Shown here piece after piece: positions 8,204-16,453 of a stretch of DNA of 37,716 nt. The stretch comes from a virus (taxonomy: Duplodnaviria; Caudoviricetes), in IMG/VR virus record IMGVR_UViG_3300049140_000069, positions 1 to 37,716 of that record, one strand, 5' to 3'. Every line of letters begins with the position of its first letter. Position 1 is the first letter of the stretch. The notes under the pieces are model-generated. The model was not told the DNA's origin, searched no databases, and saw only the letters and a list, made by a program, of their open reading frames with translations. Made by a program: the position numbers and the translations under genes.

Positions 8204-8254
8204 ACGCTACACCCGAATTTAGGGTGTGGCAAGGCTGCACCCGAATTTAGGGTG
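8204..8254 (-). promoter_or_regulatory. Promoter with two identical 17-bp palindromic operators
   Basis: Minus strand -35 TTGCCA (8227-8232) and -10 TAGCGT (8204-8209); CACCCGAATTTAGGGTG at 8210-8226 (the whole spacer) and 8238-8254. Confidence 0.85.
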
Positions 8255-8293
8255 CACCGTGGCTTTGGAAGCCGCGCGAGACACCCAAGCCGA

Positions 8294-8327
8294 GCGCCCC
8301 CGCCCCTCAGTCGAGGTGCGGGGGCGC
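8294..8327. terminator. Hairpin, near-copy of 9482-9516
   Basis: GCGCCCCCGCCCCTCAGTCGAGGTGCGGGGGCGC. Confidence 0.7.
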
Positions 8328-8487
8328 CGCGTTGCCAGTTGTCCGCCTCGTCGGCCGCCAGGTCGATAGATGCCGGCACCACAGATCCTCTCCACCCAAG
8401 AGGGCGATCTTGCTGTCTTCCGGCTCGGGTGGGGCTGCAGGGTCAGTAGGGTGCGGTCGTTGTGTCGTCAACCCTGGGGGGTCATTG

Positions 8488-9459
8488 ATGTCTTGGGCTA
8501 CGCCTGTTACGCCGAGACCTGTACGCCGTTGGTGGCAGCATCCGGCTCTGGTGATCACGTTGCTGGTGGTGTTACCGCCGGCGGGAATCTTGCTGGCGTG
8601 GTTCACGAAGTGGTCGACGCGGGCGAAGGTCGTCGCGTCGGTGCTGTCGCTGCTGTGGTTCATTCTGATCTTGACGGCGGATCCGGAGGAGCAGAAGCCG
8701 GCCGGGGATGCGCGGCCCGCCGCGTCGGAGCCTGCGAGCGCCTCACCCTCCCTCTCCCCGTCGCCGTCGCCGAGCGAGACGGAGCTGCCGGACTACACGG
8801 GCCGGACACTGCGGGTGGCGAAGTCCGCGGCCTACGAAGACGGCTACAACGCGGTGTCGCACGACGCGTCCGATGGGGACGCCGGGCAGTGGGACGACGA
8901 CAACTGGACCGTGTGCTTCCAGGCGGTGACCGGCACGTCGAAGACGATCGACTTCGGTGTGGTGCGCACGGGCCAGCCGTGCCCGAAGCGGGACGGGGAT
9001 CCGATCCCGTGGCCAGAGATGCCGGACGTGGTCGGTCTGACGTTCGACAAGGCGTCGGTGAAGGTCGAAAAGCTGGGCGTGAAGGAGATCACGACTGAGG
9101 GCGCGTACACGGACGTGACACCGCCGACCAACCCCGACTCGTGGAAGGTGTGCTTCCAGGACCCGGAGGCGGGTGAGCGGGTGGAGTACCCGAAGAACGC
9201 GACCGTGACGTTGAAGGTGACGGAGCCGGGGACGGCGTGCCCGAGCGAGGAGTTCACTGAGCTGCACCCGGACCCGGTGGTGACGGAGGACAGCGATCCG
9301 GACTCGGACGGGTCGGGTTCTGTCTCGGGTGGCGGGTCGGCGTTCTACCCGAACTGTGCTGCGGCCAGGGCTGCGAATGCTGCTCCGCTGTATCGGGGGC
9401 AGCCGGGTTACCGGTCGGCGCTGGACCGGGATGGTGACGGGATCGCCTGCGACCGCTAA
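8488..9459 (+). CDS. Membrane protein with two PASTA-like repeats and a C-terminal Excalibur Ca-binding domain
   Basis: Two TM helices, SP linker, LPDYTG/MPDVVG...W(T/K)VCFQ repeats, YPNCAAARAANAAPLYRGQPGYRSALDRDGDGIACD. Confidence 0.9.
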   Translation: MSWATPVTPRPVRRWWQHPALVITLLVVLPPAGILLAWFTKWSTRAKVVASVLSLLWFILILTADPEEQKPAGDARPAASEPASASPSLSPSPSPSETELPDYTGRTLRVAKSAAYEDGYNAVSHDASDGDAGQWDDDNWTVCFQAVTGTSKTIDFGVVRTGQPCPKRDGDPIPWPEMPDVVGLTFDKASVKVEKLGVKEITTEGAYTDVTPPTNPDSWKVCFQDPEAGERVEYPKNATVTLKVTEPGTACPSEEFTELHPDPVVTEDSDPDSDGSGSVSGGGSAFYPNCAAARAANAAPLYRGQPGYRSALDRDGDGIACDR

Positions 9460-9481
9460 CCGGACCAAGGTCCGCATAGCC

Positions 9482-9516
9482 GCGCCCCCGCACCTCGATC
9501 CGAGGTGCGGGGGCGC
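9482..9516. terminator. Bidirectional terminator
   Basis: Perfect stem GCGCCCCCGCACCTCG/CGAGGTGCGGGGGCGC between convergent genes. Confidence 0.85.
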
Positions 9517-9528
9517 TGTCGTGCGCGG

Positions 9529-9840
9529 TTACAGGTAGGCGCGGCCGGGAAGCGCCGCGGTCTCCTTGCCGGGCCGCATCTCAATCCAGGTGAGGATCGC
9601 GGCGACGACGGCGAGGACGGTGATGTACACGCCGCCGAAGAAGTCGGGGATGCCTTCGATGGTGTCGTTGCCGACGAGGGCGAGCATCACGACTTCGATG
9701 GCGACGGCGGCGACGCTGCCGGCGAGGAGGCCGCTGTCTTTGCGGGTGCGGCGGGTGAGCCTCAGGTAGAGGAAGGGGGCGAAGGCGAGGAGGCCGGCGC
9801 TGGCGAGGGGGACGAGGGTCCAGGCGATGCGTTTGATCAC
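9529..9840 (-). CDS. Membrane protein (3 TM segments)
   Basis: Hydrophobic ORF; CAGGAAA RBS before GTG. Confidence 0.7.
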   Translation of the reverse strand: MIKRIAWTLVPLASAGLLAFAPFLYLRLTRRTRKDSGLLAGSVAAVAIEVVMLALVGNDTIEGIPDFFGGVYITVLAVVAAILTWIEMRPGKETAALPGRAYL

Positions 9841-9953
9841 GGCGTGTTTCCTGTTGATCGGTGGTGGTGTGTGGTGGGCAGCTTGCCGTGTGGGCTGCCG
9901 CCACGAACGCACGGTGATCATTCTGTTACAGGGGTGGGCAACTCCCCCACCCG

Positions 9954-10115
9954 TCAGGGCTGTCGGCCTGACCGTCGCCGCCAGCCGGCGCGTGCGGCGG
10001 TGAGGTACCGGTACATCTCAGTCTGCCGCTGCATCCTGCGGGTCACGTGCCCGCTCCACAGAACGTAGATCAGGGCACTGACGCTGACGGCGAGGGCGAT
10101 ACAGCCGAAGATCAC
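9954..10115 (-). CDS. Small single-TM protein
   Basis: GTGA coupling; GGGAG RBS. Confidence 0.5.
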   Translation of the reverse strand: MIFGCIALAVSVSALIYVLWSGHVTRRMQRQTEMYRYLTAARAGWRRRSGRQP

Positions 10116-10231
10116 GACAGCTCCCTGATCCAGGTAGCAGGCTTCAAAGCGAGCCCGCCGCGGAAGCGGTCCCACCAGTAGGGCTTACCGAAAAGCCACA
10201 CCACACGAAGGGCATCGGGGTCACGGATCAC
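10112..10231 (-). CDS. 39-aa hypothetical protein
   Basis: AAGGAG RBS; GTGA coupling at both ends. Confidence 0.5.
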   Translation of the reverse strand: MIRDPDALRVVWLFGKPYWWDRFRGGLALKPATWIRELS

Positions 10232-10431
10232 GGCGTCTCCTTCGTGCGGGGTAGGTGGTCGGTGAGGTGCTGGCTGTAGGCGGCGAGGCCGCGGGCGAAG
10301 AGGACGCCCCAGCCGTCGGGGTCGGCGGGCCGGCCGGCGGCGTCCCATTCCTCGCCGAGGTCTTGCAGGACCGACCAGTAGGCGCGGCAGGAGTCGCAGG
10401 TGGTGGCGATCTCCTGCCGCAGCCAGGTCAC
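10228..10431 (-). CDS. Hypothetical protein (CxxC)
   Basis: GTGA coupled. Confidence 0.6.
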   Translation of the reverse strand: MTWLRQEIATTCDSCRAYWSVLQDLGEEWDAAGRPADPDGWGVLFARGLAAYSQHLTDHLPRTKETP

Positions 10432-10937
10432 AACTGGTCCTGCTCGGGGGTGGTCGAGGCCGCGTCGTACTCGCAGCCGGGACAGGAGACGGGAACGCTG
10501 TGGGCGGGGATGCACGGCGGCCCGTTGTCCGCGGCTGCCTCGGCGACGCTGGGGCCGGCGTCGCGGTTGGGCCAGGTGAGCGTGCCGTCCCGGTGCCGCC
10601 CGTCATGGCCGACGGGCAGCGTGCAGCGCTCGTTACCGAGGGCGTTGGGGGCGCTGCTGCTCGCCTGGCACGGGGTGGCCACGGGCTCGTAGGTGACGGC
10701 GAAGATGTCGTCTCGGCACGGGTAGAACTCTCCGGCGACGCCTCGGATGATCCAGTCGCCATACTCGAACTTCACCCACGTGTCGTGCAGTCGGTCGTAG
10801 ACGTGGAAGTCGCGGTCGACGTCGTTGAGCTTGACGAGTCCATTCGTGAAGTCGATCAGCTCCCGCATGGACATGTTCTCGGTCCACTGCACGGCTTCGA
10901 TCTGGACGGGCTTCTTGCGGAACATGGGCATGGTCAC
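10428..10937 (-). CDS. Phage protein of the FRKKPV.IEAVQW family
   Basis: FRKKPVQIEAVQW...GDWIIRGVAGEFYPCRDDIFAVTYE. Confidence 0.8.
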   Translation of the reverse strand: MTMPMFRKKPVQIEAVQWTENMSMRELIDFTNGLVKLNDVDRDFHVYDRLHDTWVKFEYGDWIIRGVAGEFYPCRDDIFAVTYEPVATPCQASSSAPNALGNERCTLPVGHDGRHRDGTLTWPNRDAGPSVAEAAADNGPPCIPAHSVPVSCPGCEYDAASTTPEQDQL

Positions 10938-11518
10938 TGCTCCTCGGGCTGGTCGGTTGAGGGCCGGATGGCGTTGTGCAGCTCGGCGAGCCGCTTGTCC
11001 CACCATCGGGCGATGGGCGTTCCGAGCGGCGGGGGCCCGGCTTTCACCCACCGCTCGTAGAGGGCGGCGACGAGGCGGTTGGTCAGGGCTTGGTTTTCGG
11101 TCGCTTGGGTCGCTGACGGGCCGGGCGCCGGCTGCTCGCCGTGGAGCAGTTTGTCGCCGGCGCAGGGGTCGGGGCAGTTGAGGCGTGAGCAGGTGAGGTA
11201 GCCGCCGTTGCCGAGGAAGAGGGACGCGCCTCGGCAGGCGGGGCAGCGGCCCTGGACGAGAGGGTGGTTCGCGGCGGCCGGGGCGGTGGAGGCCGGCAGG
11301 TCGACAGGGTCCTGCCGCTCCCGTTCGGCCTGCTGCCGGCGGGCCCAGTCGATGGGTCCGCGGGGCTCCTGCCCGTCGCCGAGGCCGTCAGCGCCCGCCT
11401 GAGCGCCGTTTCCCGCCTCCGACGCCTCTCGCATCCCGGAACCGCCGTTCAGGCCGTCCTGCGGCCCGCTGGGCGCGTTCTCAGGCGCCTGCCGGGTGTT
11501 GGGGTCGGTGTGGGTCAT
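10934..11518 (-). CDS. Cys-motif protein (DUF6085-like)
   Basis: VQGRCPACRGASLFLGNGGYLTCSRLNCPDP; AAGGA RBS. Confidence 0.7.
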   Translation of the reverse strand: MTHTDPNTRQAPENAPSGPQDGLNGGSGMREASEAGNGAQAGADGLGDGQEPRGPIDWARRQQAERERQDPVDLPASTAPAAANHPLVQGRCPACRGASLFLGNGGYLTCSRLNCPDPCAGDKLLHGEQPAPGPSATQATENQALTNRLVAALYERWVKAGPPPLGTPIARWWDKRLAELHNAIRPSTDQPEEQ

Positions 11519-11784
11519 GCGGCAGTGTCCTTCCGGGTGCGGGGCGGGCAGAGCTCGACCTCGTGCGGATGGATGAGTCCGCGGACGAGGCAGATGGCGA
11601 TGGCGTGGGTGCGGTCGCGTGCACCGAGTTGCTCGTAGGCGAGCCGCATGTGGGACTTCACCGAGTCCTCGGCGATCCACAACTGCTTGGCGATCTCGGC
11701 GTTCGTGCGCCCGTTCGCGGCGAGACGGAGGACCTCAAGGCGGCGGGCGGTCAGCAGGTTGCGGTCGGCGGGAAGCCCTCTCAC
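11515..11784 (-). CDS. Solo LuxR/GerE-type HTH regulator
   Basis: LTARRLEVLRLAANGRTNAEIAKQLWIAEDSVKSHM...LGARDRTHA. Confidence 0.9.
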   Translation of the reverse strand: MRGLPADRNLLTARRLEVLRLAANGRTNAEIAKQLWIAEDSVKSHMRLAYEQLGARDRTHAIAICLVRGLIHPHEVELCPPRTRKDTAA

Positions 11785-11960
11785 GGCCGCCTCCCCTGCC
11801 GGGCCACGCGCCCGCGGACGTCCAGCAGTCCGTCGGCGCGGGCCAACAGCAGCAGGGCCCGGCGGAGCACGGCGCCGGGGCGTTCACCGCGGCGGGCGTA
11901 GGCGGCGAGGATCGCCGCGGACCCGTCGTCGGGCTGCCAACGCAGCGGCGGCCGGGTCAC
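11781..11960 (-). CDS. Hypothetical protein
   Basis: GGAGG RBS; GTGA coupling. Confidence 0.6.
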   Translation of the reverse strand: MTRPPLRWQPDDGSAAILAAYARRGERPGAVLRRALLLLARADGLLDVRGRVARQGRRP

Positions 11961-12187
11961 GACTGCACCTCCGGGTCGATCAGGTCGGCGGCGGCGTCGA
12001 GGCCGTCGTCCAGGCCGCGGACGTAGTCGGCCGTCCACTCCGGTTCCCGGTGGATGAAGTGCTTGCGCTGCTGCTCGGCGAGCTGGTGGGCGTGGGCACG
12101 CATCCAGGTCCGTGCTGCATGCTCGGCCTGCTCAGGGGTGTGGGCGACGGAGAACAAGCCGATCAGGATGGCCTCGATGTTCACCAT
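11957..12187 (-). CDS. Hypothetical protein
   Basis: AAAGGA RBS. Confidence 0.7.
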   Translation of the reverse strand: MVNIEAILIGLFSVAHTPEQAEHAARTWMRAHAHQLAEQQRKHFIHREPEWTADYVRGLDDGLDAAADLIDPEVQS

Positions 12188-12372
12188 GTGCTCGGGTCCT
12201 TTCGGAGAGGCCGCCGCCCCGGCGTTGGGGCGGCGGATGGTTCAGGGGCGGGTAATGCCGGGAGAGAAGCGCTGTACGCCTCTGTGAGGCTTCGAAGCGG
12301 GCCCCGACAGCGCGAGACCCGCCGGATGGGGCGGGAGGCGCCACAGCGGGCACTGAGCGCCTCCCACGGGGC

Positions 12373-12978
12373 TCACGCGGACGGAGAGGACGGGCGGGGG
12401 TCGTCCTGCCTCGCACCGGCGGCGGGGGTGTGCTCGGCTTCGACCGTGTACGTGGTCGTCTCGCGGACGATGCGGCGGTGCACGGGCGCGCCGTCCTTCC
12501 ACATGGGCGCCTTCTCGATCATCAACTCATAGCGCTCCATGGCCTGCTCCCGGACCGGCCAGGGGGTGCCGGGCGCCCACTCGTTGGCCAGGGGGTCGAG
12601 CATCTCGACGCGCCAACGGTGCTGGGGCGGGTGCGCCTCGGCGGGCTGTGTCTCGGCGGCCAGGCGGCGCAGCTTCTCGGCGCCGTCCATCACTCCGCCG
12701 TTCCAAGCGTCGCGGTACGTGTCGTAGCCGTAGTCGTTGCTGTCCGTTTCGTAGTCCATACGGCCGAGCTCGTCGGCGGCTTCGCGGAGGGCGGCGGCCT
12801 GGTCGACGGGCGCGGTGGCATCGGCGCACTGGATCGCGGTCCGGCTTTCGACAGCCGACTCCAGATCAGCGATGAGGGAGCGGACGCGGTCAGCCTCCCA
12901 AGCGGGCAGCAGAGCGAGGGACTCGTGGACGGCGCGCCGGGCTTCGGCGACGAGTGCGTCAGGGGTCGGGTCGGTCAT
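12373..12978 (-). CDS. Hypothetical phage protein
   Basis: AAAGGA RBS; 201 aa. Confidence 0.7.
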   Translation of the reverse strand: MTDPTPDALVAEARRAVHESLALLPAWEADRVRSLIADLESAVESRTAIQCADATAPVDQAAALREAADELGRMDYETDSNDYGYDTYRDAWNGGVMDGAEKLRRLAAETQPAEAHPPQHRWRVEMLDPLANEWAPGTPWPVREQAMERYELMIEKAPMWKDGAPVHRRIVRETTTYTVEAEHTPAAGARQDDPRPSSPSA

Positions 12979-13064
12979 GGCGGGTCCTTTCGGTGGCTGC
13001 CCGGGACAGGGCAGCCACGAGACGGTCAGGCGGCGGGGCGGGGGTTTCGCGGGTCGACCGGTCC

Positions 13065-13310
13065 CTATCGGCCGAGGCCGGTCGCGTCGGTCTGGAACTC
13101 GATGACGACCTGGTCGTCGCGGACGTGGAAGCGGAGTGCGTCGTCGCTCAACGGCTGCTCCCGGTCGAGGCCGTGGTGCTCCCGGTAGGCCAGTTCGGCG
13201 ACCGCCCACGCCTTACCGATCTCCGCGGCGGCGGCACCCCACGGTTCGGCGGCGGGGACGATCCAGCGGCGGATCGTGCGGGTGACCGTCTCGGTCGTGA
13301 AGTCAGCCAC
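13065..13310 (-). CDS. Hypothetical protein
   Basis: GAGGAGG RBS. Confidence 0.7.
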   Translation of the reverse strand: MADFTTETVTRTIRRWIVPAAEPWGAAAAEIGKAWAVAELAYREHHGLDREQPLSDDALRFHVRDDQVVIEFQTDATGLGR

Positions 13311-13731
13311 GGCCGGCCTCCTCGGCGGCGGGGCGGGCGAAGCGGTTGGCCCAGCCGACGGTGACGTTGGCGCAGTGGTCGCCGTCGTGGCCGGGGTCGA
13401 GGTCGCACACCTCGTCGTCGTACTGGTCGCCGCAGATGTCGGGGTCCAGGTCGGTCGGCGTGAGGCGGGCGGGGCAGAACCGGGCGGCCTTCTCGCCCGC
13501 GAGGTCGAGCCACATGAAGTGGCCGACGGTCAGCTTCCGGTCGGCGTGGAAGAAGCAGTCCGCGAGCTCCGGCCGGCCCTTGGCGGCGAGGACGGGCCGC
13601 AGGTGCGGGATGGCGTGCTCGGCGACCTTGCGGGCCGCGACGGTGCGGTCGGCGAAGTCCACGGTGATCGGCGGCACAGGCCACGCCGGGCCGAACTCGA
13701 TCCGGTAGACGGTGGTGGGCTGGTTGGTCAT
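13303..13731 (-). CDS. Hypothetical protein with C-terminal C..C...GH.G.H motif
   Basis: GGAGGAA RBS. Confidence 0.7.
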   Translation of the reverse strand: MTNQPTTVYRIEFGPAWPVPPITVDFADRTVAARKVAEHAIPHLRPVLAAKGRPELADCFFHADRKLTVGHFMWLDLAGEKAARFCPARLTPTDLDPDICGDQYDDEVCDLDPGHDGDHCANVTVGWANRFARPAAEEAGRG

Positions 13732-13808
13732 GGGTTCCTCCGGGTGGGGTGGGTAGGGTCGGGCCAGGCCCCGGGGCGCGATAGCCGCGCGCCCCGGGGT
13801 CACGGCAT

Positions 13809-14003
13809 TCACGGGGTGGTCTGCGTGGCGTGCTGCGGGCAGAGGTCACGGCCGTCGCGGGTGCGTCGCCAGCCGCGGTGTTCCTTCAGCAGCCGACGGA
13901 GTTCGCGGTGGGTGTGCGGCTCGAAGCGGACCGGCCAATGCCCCTCGGGCTCCTCGCAGCCAGAGCCGTCGCACAGGATGACCAGGTAGGCGTCGGCGGT
14001 CAT
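13809..14003 (-). CDS. Small Cys/His (Zn-binding) protein
   Basis: CDGSGC...GW...DLCPQH; ATGA coupling. Confidence 0.7.
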   Translation of the reverse strand: MTADAYLVILCDGSGCEEPEGHWPVRFEPHTHRELRRLLKEHRGWRRTRDGRDLCPQHATQTTP

Positions 14004-15085
14004 GCGGCCACCTCCGTCGGCTCCACCGCGGGCATCGGGATGCCGGTCGCTGCGGACACGACGTGCGCGGCCAGCAGCGGCGGCACGGCGTTGGCTATCT
14101 GCAGGAACTGCTTGGACTCGCTGCCGTGGAACGGGTAGTCGGCGCGGAAGCCCTGCAACACGGCGGCCTCGGTGAGCAGCAGGGGCCGCTTCTCCAGGTC
14201 GCCCTTACCGTCGACCTTGACCCATTGATAGTCGTGGCGGGCGTGGCCGGCGACGAGCGTGGCCGCGGGCTGGTCCAAGCGGCGCACTGTGGCGTTCGAC
14301 CGCTTGCCCTGCCGAAGCACCCACCAGGAACGGGCCTTCTCGGTGAGCGCCCACGACGGGCCGTCGCACGAGAAGTCGTTCCCGCCCGGCGTCCTGCGCT
14401 CCCCGCGGGTGTTAATGCGCAGGCCCGGCTCCAGACCGAGGGCGTCGGCCATCGTCACCCGCGGCAGGCGGGTCGCACCGAACAGGTCCGTTGCCGTGTT
14501 CTCGCCGTGGGTGGGGTCGGGGGCGGTGACCGAACGGGTGCGGGAGGCGATCAGGATGGCGCGCCGGCGGGTCTGCGGCAGCCCGTAGTCGGCGGCGTTG
14601 AGGATGCCGCACCACACGCTGTAGCCCCAGCCGCGGAGGACGCCAGCGTACTGCTGCCACAGCGGCAGCACGGCGGGTACCTGCTCCATGCACACCCACT
14701 CGGGTCGCAGATCGTGAAGCCAGCGCATCGGCTCCGCGGCAAGGATTGACCGGCTGTCGCTGCACGCCGCCTTGACGGCGTCGCGGGTGTCACAGCCGTG
14801 CGCCAGGTCGTGCACCGCCTGATGGACGAGCGGCAGGTCGCCGATGCCGTCCTGCTTGCCCGCCGTGGAAAACGGCGTGCACACCGGGGACGAGATCTTG
14901 CCCTTGATGCGGCCCTTGAACGGGGCGGTCGGGTACTGGGCGACGTCGCACTGGATGACCGGGTGCCCGGCGGCGTGCGCCGTCCGGCAGGCTGCGGTGT
15001 CCCACTCCAGGCCGACGTCGGTGAGGCCGAGGAGGCGCAGGCCCTCAGACCAGCCGCGCGGGCCGGCGAACAGGTCCACGATCAT
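14000..15085 (-). CDS. DNA (cytosine-5) methyltransferase, orphan
   Basis: Motif I DLFAGPRG, IV SPVCTPFS, VI EQV, VIII QTRRR, IX LQGF, X QIANAVPP. Confidence 0.9.
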   Translation of the reverse strand: MIVDLFAGPRGWSEGLRLLGLTDVGLEWDTAACRTAHAAGHPVIQCDVAQYPTAPFKGRIKGKISSPVCTPFSTAGKQDGIGDLPLVHQAVHDLAHGCDTRDAVKAACSDSRSILAAEPMRWLHDLRPEWVCMEQVPAVLPLWQQYAGVLRGWGYSVWCGILNAADYGLPQTRRRAILIASRTRSVTAPDPTHGENTATDLFGATRLPRVTMADALGLEPGLRINTRGERRTPGGNDFSCDGPSWALTEKARSWWVLRQGKRSNATVRRLDQPAATLVAGHARHDYQWVKVDGKGDLEKRPLLLTEAAVLQGFRADYPFHGSESKQFLQIANAVPPLLAAHVVSAATGIPMPAVEPTEVAA

Positions 15086-15315
15086 GCGGCGGCCCCCTGC
15101 TCCTCGGCGCGCCACCGGTACACGGTCCGCGGGGCAACGCCGATCAGTTCGGCGATCTCCTCGACGGACACGTCGCGCTCCGTCAACTGCCGGGCAGCGA
15201 TCCGCCGGCCGAGACGGGTGAGGCCGTGGTCGGGCAGCCGGTCGCGGACGACGAACTCGACGTCCTGCTCGTCGGCCGTGGACCACGTCTCACGGGCCCT
15301 GTGCCAGGCGTTCAT
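15082..15315 (-). CDS. HTH domain protein
   Basis: SVEEIAELIGVAPRTVYRWR. Confidence 0.8.
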   Translation of the reverse strand: MNAWHRARETWSTADEQDVEFVVRDRLPDHGLTRLGRRIAARQLTERDVSVEEIAELIGVAPRTVYRWRAEEQGAAA

Positions 15316-15701
15316 GCGGCGGTCCTCTCGGCTTCGGTGTAGCGGCGGGCGTGGACGGTGGCAGGCGGCAGCGGGAGGCCGTCCGTGTGGCAGCGCTCCC
15401 CCGGCCCGACCTGACACGCGGGGCAGCCGGCGACGGTCTGCGCCCACACCGCGAGCCGCTGCTGATGCGGCTTCGGCAACGTCTTGTCGCGGCTCAGCAC
15501 GTGGCAGCGCTGATCCGGGCCGGCGTGGCAGTGCGGGCACGTGATCCCGTTGACGTCCCGGCGCCGACCGGAATGAGGCCACTCCTTCACCACCGCGGTC
15601 CCCAGCCGGGCCTTACCCTCGGCGATCTGCTCACGCAGCAGGCTCTTCAGCGAGCCGTTCTTGCGGGCCGCCGCGATCTGGGCAGCGTCAAAGTCAGTCA
15701 C
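15312..15701 (-). CDS. Tandem zinc-finger phage protein
   Basis: CPHCHAGPDQRC...H..R and CPACQVGPGERC...H..R. Confidence 0.8.
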   Translation of the reverse strand: MTDFDAAQIAAARKNGSLKSLLREQIAEGKARLGTAVVKEWPHSGRRRDVNGITCPHCHAGPDQRCHVLSRDKTLPKPHQQRLAVWAQTVAGCPACQVGPGERCHTDGLPLPPATVHARRYTEAERTAA

Positions 15702-16453
15702 GACGCCTCCTCGACGATGTCGGCGTCGTGAATCGCCTGCTCGGCCTGCATCCGCTCGAGCGCCCGGCGGGACGCCTCACGGATCCGTGCCTCCTCCGCG
15801 GCCCGCTCCTCCGGCGACTGCAGCGGCTCGCCCGACGCGGCCCGGATACGGGCGGTGTGCGGCTTCGCCAGCGGCTTCCCCAGCGGGTACTTCGCGGTCG
15901 CCTTGCTGCCCTTGCACGGGAACCCGATCTCGGCCCTGCACATCGGGCACTCGACACCCAGCGGACCGGACCGGCGCACCGTGTCGATCACCTCGGGCGC
16001 GGGCTCGTCCTCGTCGCCGTCGACCGTGCGGTTGCCTTCCCAGCCGCGGGCCTCCAACTCGGCCATGAACTCCCGCGACGGTCCGCCCTCAAGCGCCAGC
16101 CGGCCCGTAGGGGCCGCTATCCGGCCGGAGGCGATCGCCTGCACCTGACCGCGGTAACGGGCCAGGTACTCGCCGACCGTCTCGTCGGGCAGCGGCTCGT
16201 ACTGGAAGTTCTCCAGCCGCTTGTTGCGGATCCTCGTGCGGAGCGTGCGCACGTGATGCGGCAAGATCCACAGCCGCTCGCTGGGGTTCTGCGGCGGCGT
16301 CGAGTAGTACGCGGCCACAGCAGCCTTGGCGTCGTTGTCGAGAGGCACGTCGTGGAGGGCAGCGGCCCAGGACTGGGCAGCAGCGAGAGAGGGCTGCCGG
16401 TTATCGAAGCCGGAGCAGTGCGCGAGCAGTTCGGCAGCTTCGCTGGCGTTCAC
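15698..16453 (-). CDS. Replication-associated protein (helicase loader-like N-terminus, zinc finger)
   Basis: EAAELLAHCSGFDNR...W...L; CPMC...C...H..R; coupled to the initiator gene. Confidence 0.65.
   Translation of the reverse strand: MNASEAAELLAHCSGFDNRQPSLAAAQSWAAALHDVPLDNDAKAAVAAYYSTPPQNPSERLWILPHHVRTLRTRIRNKRLENFQYEPLPDETVGEYLARYRGQVQAIASGRIAAPTGRLALEGGPSREFMAELEARGWEGNRTVDGDEDEPAPEVIDTVRRSGPLGVECPMCRAEIGFPCKGSKATAKYPLGKPLAKPHTARIRAASGEPLQSPEERAAEEARIREASRRALERMQAEQAIHDADIVEEAS

Noticed and set aside
8206-8258. Direct repeat pair as a mini-CRISPR
   Set aside because: Only two copies 11 bp apart, placed exactly on promoter elements
12190-12372. Intergenic hairpin cluster as an ncRNA
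   Set aside because: Short GC stems like other spacers in the early operon; no distinguishing motif
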